NCBI GenBank assembly: GCA_030654175.1
Contig: JAURXZ010000049.1
Span: 92,334 to 156,333, forward strand
Direction: 5' to 3'
Length of the DNA: 64,000 bases
Origin: Bacteroidia bacterium
GTDB lineage: Bacteria > Bacteroidota > Bacteroidia > 2-12-FULL-35-15
How positions within the stretch are numbered: position 1 is the first letter of the stretch; every line of letters begins with the position of its first letter. The notes under the pieces are model-generated. The model made no database searches, was not told the DNA's origin, and saw only the letters and a list, made by a program, of their open reading frames with translations. Position numbers and translations under genes: made by a program. Positions 28,347-38,022 of this stretch are shown here, piece by piece.

Positions 28347-29804
28347 ATGTCAGAAGAAAAAACAGAATTAAAGCGTTCATTGGGGCTCATTGATGCTACC
28401 AGTATTGTTGCAGGTTCAATGATCGGTTCAGGGATTTTTATTGTAACAGCTTCCATGTCAAGGGATGTAGGTTCAGCCGGTTGGATGCTTGTGCTTTGGC
28501 TTATTACAGGGTTGATCACTGTATCTGCTGCTTTAAGCTATGGCGAACTTGCCGGTATGATGCCCAATGCAGGCGGACAATATGTATATCTGCAACGAGC
28601 TTATGGAAGAATGATTTCTTTTCTTTATGGTTGGACTGTATTTACTGTTATTCAAACCGGTGTAATTGCAGCTGTTGCTGTGGCATTTGCAAAATATTCT
28701 TCTGTGTTTTTTCCTGAATTGAATGATGTTTTATTTACGATCAGTAAATCATTTCAAATTACTTATGCCCAAATCCTTGCTATGGCAAGTATTGTGTTGC
28801 TTTCCTATATTAATAGCAGGGGGGTACAAAGCGGAAAAAACATTCAGTTGATATTTACATCGGCAAAGTTATTTGCCTTGTTTGCATTGATAATATTAGG
28901 TTTGGCCGTTGGACTAAAAGGTGATACAATAGCTCAGAATTTTCATGATATGTGGAGCGCAAGTAAAACCACTGTTACTGATGGGGTTGTAAATGTTGCT
29001 CCATTAGTAGGTTTTGCATTAATGGGTGCAATGGGGGCAACCATTATCAATTCATTATTTTCGAGTGATGCCTGGAATAATGTAACATTTATAGCCGGTG
29101 AAATTAAAGACCCGAAAAAAAACATTCCACGTAGTCTGTTTTTAGGAACTTTTATCGTTACCATCATTTATATTTTAGCCAATATTGCTTATTTGGCTTT
29201 GTTACCAATGAAAGGAAGCCCAACAGCCACTGATGTATTAGGACAAGGCATTATGTTTCCCAGTAATGATAGGGTAGGGGCTGCTGCTGCATCTGTAATT
29301 TTTGGAAATCCCGGAGTTTACATTATGGCCGCTTTAATTATGGTTTCAACATTTGGATGTAATAATGGTATTGTGCTTGCCGGTTCACGTTTGTTTTATG
29401 CAATGGCTAAAGATGGTTTGTTTTTTAAGAAAGCAGAAACATTAAATAAAAATCAGGTACCTGCAAAAGCATTGTGGTTTCAGTGTATTTGGGCTTGTGT
29501 ATTATGTTTATCAGGTAAGTATAACGACTTATTGACGTATGCTACTTTTGCTTCATTGATATTTTATATATTAACTATTGCAGGAGTTTTTATTCTTCGT
29601 AAAAAAGAACCTGATACCGAACGCCCTTATAAAGCATTTGGTTATCCGGTTATCCCCGCTTTATATATAATAGTTACAACAGCTATTTGTATCGATTTAT
29701 TAATTTATGATACTAAAAATACAGGATTTGGTTTGTTGATAGTATTGCTTGGGATCCCTGTATATTATTTAACTCAAAAAAAATCGCCTGATTCAAATTT
29801 GTAA
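28347..29804 (+). CDS. APC-family amino acid permease (LAT-like)
   Basis: GSMIGSGIF, YGELA.M.P.AGG.Y, EIKDPKKNIP, RPYKA.GYP. Confidence 0.9.
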   Translation: MSEEKTELKRSLGLIDATSIVAGSMIGSGIFIVTASMSRDVGSAGWMLVLWLITGLITVSAALSYGELAGMMPNAGGQYVYLQRAYGRMISFLYGWTVFTVIQTGVIAAVAVAFAKYSSVFFPELNDVLFTISKSFQITYAQILAMASIVLLSYINSRGVQSGKNIQLIFTSAKLFALFALIILGLAVGLKGDTIAQNFHDMWSASKTTVTDGVVNVAPLVGFALMGAMGATIINSLFSSDAWNNVTFIAGEIKDPKKNIPRSLFLGTFIVTIIYILANIAYLALLPMKGSPTATDVLGQGIMFPSNDRVGAAAASVIFGNPGVYIMAALIMVSTFGCNNGIVLAGSRLFYAMAKDGLFFKKAETLNKNQVPAKALWFQCIWACVLCLSGKYNDLLTYATFASLIFYILTIAGVFILRKKEPDTERPYKAFGYPVIPALYIIVTTAICIDLLIYDTKNTGFGLLIVLLGIPVYYLTQKKSPDSNL

Positions 29805-29928
29805 AGTGCTCGGATTACGCAAATATCAATACAGACAGACCTTCCGGTTTTTTTAACCCAGTAAGTAGGTGTAATTTTGGTGTAATTATTTAGTTTCATA
29901 AATTCGTAAACATTCGTTATCTGTAACC

Positions 29929-30879
29929 ATGAAACAATTCATTCGTGATTATTTAACATTCAATAAACGGGAACGAAACGGGCTATTTGTATTGCTATCC
30001 ATTATTACCTTATTGATCATTTATTTAAATATTTCGGATAAATTTGTTGAACCTGTAAAGGTTGATTTTACTAAATTTGAAAAAGAAATTGAACAGTTTA
30101 ATGCATCTGTAAAACTGATCAATGATTCTTTAAAAAACGAAAGTCAGAATAAATATACCCATCTGAATGAAGAATCCCGGGAAACGAAAACACCGGATAA
30201 TACTCTTAATAAACAACCTGAGCATTTTAATTTTAATCCGAATAATTTATCCAATACTGATTGGCAGCGTTTGGGTTTGGCTGAAAAACAAATTCAAACA
30301 ATAAAGAATTATGAATCAAAAGGTGGAAAATTCAGATACAAAGAAGATGTAAAAAAAATGTATTGTATCTCTGAAAAGCAATATTTATCACTGGAGCCTT
30401 ATATCCAGATCCCGATTGCAAAGAAAATTTTCAAAGAGTTTGAAACTGCAAAATCTGCAAACAAAAATCCGAAAACTTCATTTACAATTGTGGAACTTAA
30501 TTCAGCTGATTCCACTCAACTAACCCATATAAAAGGTATTGGCTCTTTTTATGCAAAAACAATTATTAAATACCGGAATTCACTTGGTGGTTTTGTAGCT
30601 AAAGTACAATTAATGGAGATGTGGAAATTTGACTTCGATAAGTTTGAAGAAGTAGAAAAATATATAATTCTGGATGTATCACAAGTGAAAAAAATAAATA
30701 TAAACACTTGTACAGCAGCGGAATTAAAACATCCATACATCAGTTGGAATGCGGCAAATGGCATCTTTAACTATCGAACCAATCATGGTAAATACAAAAC
30801 ACTTGAAGAGATAAAAAAAACCGATTTGGTTGATGACGAAACATACCGTAAAATTGCACCTTATTTAATTCTTGAATAA
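29929..30879 (+). CDS. ComEA-like helix-hairpin-helix protein
   Basis: N-terminal TM; FNPNN, ELNSADS.QL..IKGIG, ININT HhH repeats. Confidence 0.85.
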   Translation: MKQFIRDYLTFNKRERNGLFVLLSIITLLIIYLNISDKFVEPVKVDFTKFEKEIEQFNASVKLINDSLKNESQNKYTHLNEESRETKTPDNTLNKQPEHFNFNPNNLSNTDWQRLGLAEKQIQTIKNYESKGGKFRYKEDVKKMYCISEKQYLSLEPYIQIPIAKKIFKEFETAKSANKNPKTSFTIVELNSADSTQLTHIKGIGSFYAKTIIKYRNSLGGFVAKVQLMEMWKFDFDKFEEVEKYIILDVSQVKKININTCTAAELKHPYISWNAANGIFNYRTNHGKYKTLEEIKKTDLVDDETYRKIAPYLILE

Positions 30880-30987
30880 GTAATTCGAAAACACAAATCT
30901 CCCCATTTTCTGTTATCTTTATGATGAATATTGCTGAAGCACTGAGCTGAAGAAAATAAAAATAATTTATTTTATAATACAAATACT

Positions 30988-31515
30988 ATGTTGGAACAAA
31001 AATTGAAAACCGGAATTCGTGATGTGCCTGATTTCCCTAAGCCTGGCATACTTTTTAAAGATATCACACCCATATTACACAATCCAAAGCTTTGTGATGA
31101 AATTGTAGAAGTATTCTCTAAGTATTGCGCAGATAAAAACATTCATGCCATTGTGGGGGTGGAGAGTCGTGGATTTTTGTTTGGTTTTGCGCTGGCTAAC
31201 AAATTAAATATCCCTTTTGTATTGGTTCGTAAGGCTGGTAAATTGCCCTATAAAACGATTTCATACGAATATGATCTGGAGTACGGCAGTGCGAAAGTGG
31301 AGATGCAGGTGGATGAAATTAAACCGGGCTGGAATGTAATGATACACGATGACTTGCTTGCTACCGGAGGTACAGCCGAAGCTGCTGCAAAATTAATTCA
31401 GATGCAAAATGGCACTGTTGCTGGTTTTGCCTTTGTAGTAGAATTAGATTTTTTGAAAGGTAAAGAAAGGTTAAGCCAATATTCTGAAAATATTATTAGT
31501 TTGGTAAATTACTAA
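30988..31515 (+). CDS. apt: Adenine phosphoribosyltransferase
   Basis: PDFPKPGILFKDIT, ESRGF, DDLLATGGT. Confidence 0.97.
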   Translation: MLEQKLKTGIRDVPDFPKPGILFKDITPILHNPKLCDEIVEVFSKYCADKNIHAIVGVESRGFLFGFALANKLNIPFVLVRKAGKLPYKTISYEYDLEYGSAKVEMQVDEIKPGWNVMIHDDLLATGGTAEAAAKLIQMQNGTVAGFAFVVELDFLKGKERLSQYSENIISLVNY

Positions 31516-31548
31516 ATTCATTTGGCTTCTCAAAAAGCCTTTCTTCCC

Positions 31549-31618
31549 GTCATTTCGAGCGGAGTCGAGAAATCTTGTTACTTGATTAACAATATGCCTC
31601 GGCTCCGTTCAGTGTGAC
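31549..31618. repeat. REP-like inverted pair between convergent apt and dapA
   Basis: GTCA..GAGCGGAGTCGAG...CTCGGCTCCGTTC..TGAC; the 13-nt cores pair fully when G-U is allowed. Confidence 0.7.
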
Positions 31619-31653
31619 ATTTAGGAAAAATTAATTTTATTTAGCCTCAAAGA

Positions 31654-32541
31654 TTACTTATAAGCCTTTACCAATACCTCCAAAGCATTTTGAGTAACCT
31701 TATTTACTTTTACCAAAGGTAAACGAAGATTTGCCTTACAAATACCAAATAATTCCAACACCGCTTTAATTCCCGCAGGATTTCCATCTGCAAATAATTG
31801 TTCGGTGATATCAGTTAATTTATAATGTAATTTCTGTGCTTCTTTTACATTACCCGCTAAGATCTGGCGCGTCATTTCTGAAAAATCTTTTGGAAAAGCA
31901 TTTGCTATAACGGAGATTACACCATCAGCACCACTTGCTATCATTGGTAAAGAAAGCATATCATCACCTGAGATCACTAAAAACTCTTTCGGTTTGTATT
32001 TAATGATCTTCATGCATTGTTCTAAATTACCGGACGCTTCTTTAATAGCAATAATGTTTTTAAAATCATTTGCTAATTTAATAGTTGTTTCAGCGGTCAT
32101 GTTTGAGCAGGTGCGTCCCGGAACGTTATATAATATGATAGGGACAGGACAAGCTTCTGCAATAGCTTTATAATGCTGATAAATACCTCTTTGATTCGGC
32201 TTGTTGTAAGCAGGTGATACCGAAAGAATTGCATCTATACCATTAAAATCAGTAGTTTTAAGACTGTTTACAATTTCCAGTGTATCATTTCCGCCTAAAC
32301 CAAGAACTATAGGCACACGTTTATTAACGCTTTCAATAACTTGTGCTACTACCGATTTTTTTTCATCTTTCGATAATGTAACAGATTCACCGGTTGTACC
32401 TAATACAACAACGTATTCGCATCCACCTTTAATAATATGATTAACAAGCTTGTTTAACGATTTATAATCAACACTATTATCTTTATTGAATGGAGTTACT
32501 ATTGCAACCCCTGTACCTTTAAATTTATTGTTATTGCTCAT
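31654..32541 (-). CDS. dapA: 4-hydroxy-tetrahydrodipicolinate synthase
   Basis: GTTGES, LYNVPGRT, AIKEASG, SGDD. Confidence 0.96.
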   Translation of the reverse strand: MSNNNKFKGTGVAIVTPFNKDNSVDYKSLNKLVNHIIKGGCEYVVVLGTTGESVTLSKDEKKSVVAQVIESVNKRVPIVLGLGGNDTLEIVNSLKTTDFNGIDAILSVSPAYNKPNQRGIYQHYKAIAEACPVPIILYNVPGRTCSNMTAETTIKLANDFKNIIAIKEASGNLEQCMKIIKYKPKEFLVISGDDMLSLPMIASGADGVISVIANAFPKDFSEMTRQILAGNVKEAQKLHYKLTDITEQLFADGNPAGIKAVLELFGICKANLRLPLVKVNKVTQNALEVLVKAYK

Positions 32542-32620
32542 GTTTGATATGTTTTTTTTTCGATTAAAAGATGTGAAGATAAATCAAAGAATTTGTTAAT
32601 TATCAAATTTTCAAATTGTT

Positions 32621-33739
32621 TTAGCCCTTGTATAATGAAATCAATTGTTTTGTAATATTTTGCGGGTTAAATTTTTGCGCGTATTCAAAACCGCGTTCCG
32701 ACATTTGTTTACGATCGCTTTCAGAACTTAAAAGTAAATTTACCTTTTCGGCCAGTTCATTTTCATCTTCCGGATTAATATAAATGCTGTCAGGCCCACC
32801 TGCTTCAGGAAAGCAACCGCCTCTTGTTGTAATAACAGGAGTTTTACTTGTTAATGCTTCAATGATAGGAATACCAAAACCTTCCAGTACTGAAGGAAAA
32901 ATAAATACTGTTGCCAGTTTGTATATTACCGGCAGGTCAGCATTAGTAACGTATTCAAGAAATTTAACACGATTTTCTAATTTGTTTTTAGTGATATATT
33001 CCATCACCGTTTTGAAATAATTTTTCTTCTTTCCAACGATTACTAAAGGAATATCTTTTATTTGTTTTAATGCCTTTATTATGGTTAATAAATTTTTACG
33101 CTCCTCTACCGTACCAACATATAACAAGAAATTATCAGGTAAATGATGTTTGGCAATTACTTCCTGAATATGCTCTGCAGAAGGTTGTTGATAATATAAC
33201 TCATCACAACTTTGGTAAATGACCTGAATTTTATTTTCTGGAATAAAATAATATTTTTCTATATCGCGTTTGGTTTCTTCGCTGATAGCAACAATTACAT
33301 CAGCCGTATCACAAGCGTGACGAAATTTTTTGTTGTAAATTTTACTATCTAAAAAAGGATATAATTTAGGGTAACGTAAAAAAATAAGATCATGAATAGT
33401 AACGATCTTTTTTCCTTTAAAGTTCTTTATATTAAACGGCAGTTCATTGCTAAGGCCATGATACACATTGATTTGTTGCTCACTTAACAGTTCCGTAATT
33501 CCAAAAGAACGCCAGCGTGATCGCAACGTTTTATCAATAAAACCATGAGGTTCCTGAACATTTATATTTTTTTGTGTAGCAATATATTTTTGAAAATCAG
33601 TATCAGGCTGATGAGTAGTGAATAACGTATACTTATTTTCCGGATAATAATGGTGCAATGATTTAACAAGTGTACGTGCATAATTACCCAATCCACTAGT
33701 ATTCAGAAAAGCCCTTTTGGCATCAAATGCAATGTTCAT
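32621..33739 (-). CDS. Glycosyltransferase family 4 (GT-B)
   Basis: TIHDL, VGTVEERKN, EGFGIPIIEA. Confidence 0.92.
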   Translation of the reverse strand: MNIAFDAKRAFLNTSGLGNYARTLVKSLHHYYPENKYTLFTTHQPDTDFQKYIATQKNINVQEPHGFIDKTLRSRWRSFGITELLSEQQINVYHGLSNELPFNIKNFKGKKIVTIHDLIFLRYPKLYPFLDSKIYNKKFRHACDTADVIVAISEETKRDIEKYYFIPENKIQVIYQSCDELYYQQPSAEHIQEVIAKHHLPDNFLLYVGTVEERKNLLTIIKALKQIKDIPLVIVGKKKNYFKTVMEYITKNKLENRVKFLEYVTNADLPVIYKLATVFIFPSVLEGFGIPIIEALTSKTPVITTRGGCFPEAGGPDSIYINPEDENELAEKVNLLLSSESDRKQMSERGFEYAQKFNPQNITKQLISLYKG

Positions 33740-33747
33740 AATACTCT

Positions 33748-33787
33748 ACGAATTACTATTTTAACGAATTACTATTTTAACGAATTA
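33748..33787. repeat. 16-nt period tandem repeat (CGAAT family)
   Basis: ACGAATTACTATTTTA x2.5. Confidence 0.8.
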
Positions 33788-33820
33788 AAAATTTGTATTA
33801 AATTGCTACTCTCCAGGCTA

Positions 33821-33913
33821 ATGTCGCGTTAGGGATTGCAACGAAAATCCTTTTCTGTTTAGAAAAGATTGAAGTGTAAAGCCCGCCCTTTCTTTTTCAA
33901 GAAAGGAACGCCC
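33821..33913 (+). ncRNA. Flavo-1-like structured repeat, copy 4
   Basis: GCGTTAGGGATTGCAACGAAAATCCTTTTCT...AAGCCCG...GGAACGCCC. Confidence 0.7.
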
Positions 33914-33925
33914 AAATCCCATTAA

Positions 33926-34732
33926 TTAAACTGCAACATCATACTCTCTCAAAGCATTATTCAGAGAGGTTTTTAAATCAGTACTTTCTTTACGTTGTCC
34001 AATAATTAATGCGCAGGGAACCTGAAAGTCACCAGCCGGAAATTTTTTGGTGTAAGAACCTGGAATAACCACAGAACGGGGAGGAACAATTCCTTTATAT
34101 TCTTTAGGTTCGGAAGATGTTACATCAATAATTTTTGTTGATTTAGTAAGTACAACGTTGGCACCAAGTACCGCTTCTTTTTGAACTCTTACACCTTCTA
34201 CCACTATACAGCGTGAACCAATAAAACAACCATCCTCAATAATAACAGGAGCCGCTTGTACAGGTTCCAGCACCCCGCCAATTCCAACCCCACCGCTTAA
34301 ATGCACATCTTTACCAATTTGGGCGCAAGAGCCAACAGTGGCCCATGTATCTACCATTGTACCACTGTCCACATAAGCACCAATATTTACATAGCTCGGC
34401 ATCATGATCACGCCTTTAGCTAAATATGCTCCGTATCGGGCAACAGCATTAGGAACAACGCGCACGCCAAGTGCTTCATAATTTGTCTTTAACTTCATTT
34501 TATCATGATACTCAAAAATTCCAACTTCAATAGTTTGCATTTTTTGAATTGGAAAATAAAGTATCACTGCTTTTTTGATCCATTCATTTACTTTCCAGTC
34601 GTTTCCGATAGGCTCCGCAACACGCAGCTTACCTTTATCAAGCATTTCAATTACTTCATGTATCGTATTTTTTGTTTTTTCGTCTTTTAGTAATTCCCGG
34701 TTTTCCCAGGCAGCTTCAATTATTTGTTGCAT
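33926..34732 (-). CDS. dapD: Tetrahydrodipicolinate N-succinyltransferase
   Basis: MPSYVNIGAYV, DTWATVGSCAQIG, GGVLEP. Confidence 0.97.
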   Translation of the reverse strand: MQQIIEAAWENRELLKDEKTKNTIHEVIEMLDKGKLRVAEPIGNDWKVNEWIKKAVILYFPIQKMQTIEVGIFEYHDKMKLKTNYEALGVRVVPNAVARYGAYLAKGVIMMPSYVNIGAYVDSGTMVDTWATVGSCAQIGKDVHLSGGVGIGGVLEPVQAAPVIIEDGCFIGSRCIVVEGVRVQKEAVLGANVVLTKSTKIIDVTSSEPKEYKGIVPPRSVVIPGSYTKKFPAGDFQVPCALIIGQRKESTDLKTSLNNALREYDVAV

Positions 34733-34982
34733 GTTTATTGATTTCTAAAATGTTTGTTCCTACAAATGTATTGAATATTTATTTTAAAAGATCTAATTCT
34801 CTGTGATCTAAAATTGGTTTTAAAAGTATGGAATTAGAATTTAAGGGATCATTGTTTTTTAAGGATAAAAATGGTCAGCAGATTTAATTTGGCGCTTAAT
34901 TGAAGAACTCAGTCTAAAAGGAGAATTTACAGATTTAGAAATTAGAATTTAATACTTGAATCTTTTTCATTATTTTTGTGCG

Positions 34983-35393
34983 ATGGCTCGTATAATGGCA
35001 ATTGATTATGGTAGCAAACGCGTTGGGATTGCTGTTACAGATCCTTTTCAAATTATTGCCACGGGGCTTACAACTGTTCATTCAAAGGATTTGATTGAAT
35101 TTTTGAAAAACTATGTGCTGAAGGAAGAAGTGGAATGCATTGTGGTGGGGGAGCCAAAGCGCTTGAATAATGAGCCTTCCGATTCGGCTCGTTTTATTGA
35201 ACCTTTTGTACTGCATTTAAAACGTACATTCCCGGGTATAAAAGTTGAACGGATGGATGAGCGCTTTACCTCAAAGATGGCATTTCAGACAATGATCGAT
35301 AGTGGGTTAAAGAAGAAAGCAAGACAAAATAAAGAGTTGGTAGATGAAATTAGCGCTACCATTATTTTGCAGAGCTATATGAATAAGAAATGA
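34983..35393 (+). CDS. ruvX: Holliday junction resolvase-like protein RuvX/YqgF
   Basis: IMAIDYG.KRVGIA, DERFTS, D.ISA.IILQSY; start moved to ATG 34983. Confidence 0.94.
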   Translation: MARIMAIDYGSKRVGIAVTDPFQIIATGLTTVHSKDLIEFLKNYVLKEEVECIVVGEPKRLNNEPSDSARFIEPFVLHLKRTFPGIKVERMDERFTSKMAFQTMIDSGLKKKARQNKELVDEISATIILQSYMNKK

Positions 35394-35466
35394 TTACGGA
35401 TTGCGGATTTATGATTGCGGATTAGGTGATTATCAATCCGAAATCGACAATCCGAAATCCTAAATT
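35393..35466. repeat. Heptamer inverted-repeat hairpin (TTGCGGA / AATCCG) in the ruvX-def spacer
   Basis: ttacgga ttgcgga tttatga ttgcgga ... caatccg aaatcga caatccg aaatcct. Confidence 0.85.
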
Positions 35467-35475
35467 TTATAAAAA

Positions 35476-36075
35476 ATGATATTACCAGTTATCGCTTATG
35501 GCGACCCCGTTTTGCGCAAAATAGGAGAGGAGATCACTAAAGATTATCCCGGTTTGCAGGATACAATTGCGAATATGTTTGAAACGATGCACAATGCACT
35601 TGGCGTTGGTTTAGCTGCTCCACAAATTGGCAAATCTATCCGTTTGTTTGTTATTGAAACCAAGCCATTCACCGAAAGGGAAGAAAATGACGAAGATGAG
35701 GATGAATTTTCTCCTGAAGAACGTGAACAATTAGCAAATTTTCGCAAAGTATTTATTAACGCAAAAGTTATTGAAGAAGAGGGGAAAGAATGGGTTTTTA
35801 ATGAAGGATGCCTGAGTATTCCAAAGATACGTGAAGATGTTTTGCGTAAGCCTAAAATACACATTCAATATTATGATGAAAACTTTAACTTCTTTGATGA
35901 AACGTATGAAGGGCTTGCAGCAAGAGTTATTCAGCATGAGTTCGATCATATTGAAGGTAAATTATTCACCGATAGGATCAGTCCTTTGCGCAGACGTTTA
36001 TTACAAGGTAAACTTACAGATATATCAAAAGGTAAAGTAAAGATAGGTTATAAGATGCGCTTTCCGAGCAGGTAG
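35476..36075 (+). CDS. def: Peptide deformylase
   Basis: GVGLAAPQ, EGCLS, QHEFDH. Confidence 0.97.
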   Translation: MILPVIAYGDPVLRKIGEEITKDYPGLQDTIANMFETMHNALGVGLAAPQIGKSIRLFVIETKPFTEREENDEDEDEFSPEEREQLANFRKVFINAKVIEEEGKEWVFNEGCLSIPKIREDVLRKPKIHIQYYDENFNFFDETYEGLAARVIQHEFDHIEGKLFTDRISPLRRRLLQGKLTDISKGKVKIGYKMRFPSR

Positions 36076-36222
36076 TTTTAAGGGATTTAGCAATTTTAAG
36101 ACAGACAATTAAATAAACAGTGAAATAACGATTTAGAAAAGTGTTAACTTTAAATTCAATCATTTTTGTAATTAGCAAAACCTACAAATCAATTAATCTC
36201 CAAATCAATAATTAAAAAAGAT

Positions 36223-36777
36223 ATGAAAGACTTAAAATTAGCTTTAATAGTGGGCCTGATGGTTTTTATTGCATCATGTGGAAATGAGCAAAATGCTGAA
36301 AAAAGCGCAACAGGAGAACAGCCACTTCGCGAGCAATACATTTCTCAAATAAAAAATCTGGAGAAAGAAATGCACCAATCTACAGAAATGAATAATACCA
36401 CAGCAAATCTGGCTATCAAAGCCTATACCGATTTTGTGATTATTTTCCCAACTGATTCCCTGGCTCCTGATTATTTATTTAAGGCGGGCGAAATTGCTAC
36501 AGCAACAAAAAAATACAAGCAGGCTTTAATGCATTATCAAGCCATTACAACTAAATATCCTGATTATAAATATTTTAGAGAAAGCCTTTATTTACAAGGT
36601 TTTTTACTGGATAATTTTTTGAATGATGATGCAGGTGCCAAGATCATTTACGAAGAAATTGTTGCCAAATATCCTGACACAAATTATGCAAAAGATGCTA
36701 AAGCTGCCATCAATAATTTAGGCAAAACGGATGAACAATTGATAGAGGAGTTTAAGAAGAAAAACGAAAAAAAGTAA
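36223..36777 (+). CDS. TPR lipoprotein (BamD/YfiO-like repeats)
   Basis: Lipobox IASC; 'FPTDSLAPDYLFKAG' and 'YPD' TPR units. Confidence 0.75.
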   Translation: MKDLKLALIVGLMVFIASCGNEQNAEKSATGEQPLREQYISQIKNLEKEMHQSTEMNNTTANLAIKAYTDFVIIFPTDSLAPDYLFKAGEIATATKKYKQALMHYQAITTKYPDYKYFRESLYLQGFLLDNFLNDDAGAKIIYEEIVAKYPDTNYAKDAKAAINNLGKTDEQLIEEFKKKNEKK

Positions 36778-36795
36778 GTAAGTACTAATAAAATC

Positions 36796-36861
36796 GCCAC
36801 AGATTTCACAGATTTAAGTTTCACTTTTGGGGAACCATTTTTAATCTGTGTAATCTGTGGC
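36796..36861. repeat. 9-mer inverted-repeat hairpin, probable bidirectional terminator
   Basis: GCCACAGATTTCACAGATT...AATCTGTGTAATCTGTGGC; a half copy lies at 60674-60693. Confidence 0.8.
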
Positions 36862-36877
36862 AATTTTTTTTTGGTCC

Positions 36878-37675
36878 TTAACTAAATTCTTTCTCAAGCA
36901 ATTCTCTCAATCGTTGAGGCGTTAGGGCATGTTTCAGATTACCTTCCTTCGAAACTGAAATTTCTCCTGTTTGTTCAGAAACCACAATTGCAATGGCATC
37001 CGTATTTTCAGTGATGCCTACTGCAGCGCGGTGGCGCATTCCCAGGTGGGCCGGGAAGTTCGAATCTTCTGTAACAGGCAAAACACATCGTGCACCGGTT
37101 ATTATATTGTTGGATATTATTACCGCTCCATCATGTAATGGAGAATTTTTATAAAAAATACTTTCAATTATCCGTACCGAAACCTTTGCATGGATAGCAT
37201 CACCGGTATTGGCATAAAACTTCAGATCATTATTTTTTGTGATAATAATAATTGCTCCTGTTTTGCTTTCGCTCATATTTTTACAAGCCTTAACAATGGC
37301 ATTGATATCCAGAACCTGTTCCTTATTTACCTGCCACTTAAAATCAAAGATCCCTTTACTTAATTTCCCTTTTGTAAAAATATCGCTGGTACCAATAAAT
37401 AGTAAAAAACGCCTTAATTCCTGTTGAAAAACAATGAGTAAAGCAATAAATCCAACATCAATAAATTTAGCCAATATGCTTCCAAACAGGTGCATATTAA
37501 GGGTTTTTACAACCAGCCATAATAAATAAAATAAAAGAATACCAATGAATATATTAATAGCAACTGTCCCTTTTATCAAATAATACAATTGATAAATCAA
37601 CAGGGCTACCAATAAAATATCCACCACATCAATCCAGCGAACAGTAATAAAGCCTTGAATGAATAGATTTAACAT
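36878..37675 (-). CDS. cdaA: Diadenylate cyclase CdaA/DacA
   Basis: Three TM helices, FQQELRRFL, PLHDGA, GMRHRAA. Confidence 0.93.
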   Translation of the reverse strand: MLNLFIQGFITVRWIDVVDILLVALLIYQLYYLIKGTVAINIFIGILLFYLLWLVVKTLNMHLFGSILAKFIDVGFIALLIVFQQELRRFLLFIGTSDIFTKGKLSKGIFDFKWQVNKEQVLDINAIVKACKNMSESKTGAIIIITKNNDLKFYANTGDAIHAKVSVRIIESIFYKNSPLHDGAVIISNNIITGARCVLPVTEDSNFPAHLGMRHRAAVGITENTDAIAIVVSEQTGEISVSKEGNLKHALTPQRLRELLEKEFS

Positions 37676-37757
37676 GGTACAAGTATAAGAATTTTAAGTT
37701 TTGTTAGCTGAGTTCGATTAATAAAACAACAACAATTGGTTTAAAATATGCGAATTT

Positions 37758-37855
37758 GGGCGTTTCCTTTCTTAAAAGAGAAAGGACCGGGCTTTCCGCT
37801 TCAATCTTTTTGAGAAGAACAAAAAGGATTTCTGCTGCAATCCCTAACGCAGCAT
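37758..37855 (-). ncRNA. Flavo-1-like structured repeat, copy 5
   Basis: Reverse complement is homologous to copy 2, including flanks. Confidence 0.7.
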
Positions 37856-38022
37856 CGTCACTGAAAAAGGCCTTTTCACTTTCGGGCCTTATACGACAAG
37901 GATTAAAGAACAGATTTGTGAGACAAGAATGGTTGGAACACAAACGTGCAGATAATTGTTGAGTATAGTTATCTTATCAAAATAGACTTATCAAAATACT
38001 CCATCTTAATATTCAAATTAAT

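Noticed and set aside
34800-34955. Possible gene remnant between dapD and ruvX
   Set aside because: Only short open stretches with no recognisable family motif
35670-35730. Acidic insertion in peptide deformylase
   Set aside because: A variable acidic loop here is common in Bacteroidota Def; catalytic motifs are intact
4467-37962. Short ORFs 4467-4649, 8521-8733, 37704-37943 and 37756-37962
   Set aside because: They are translations of the Flavo-1-like repeat copies; frames are not conserved between copies
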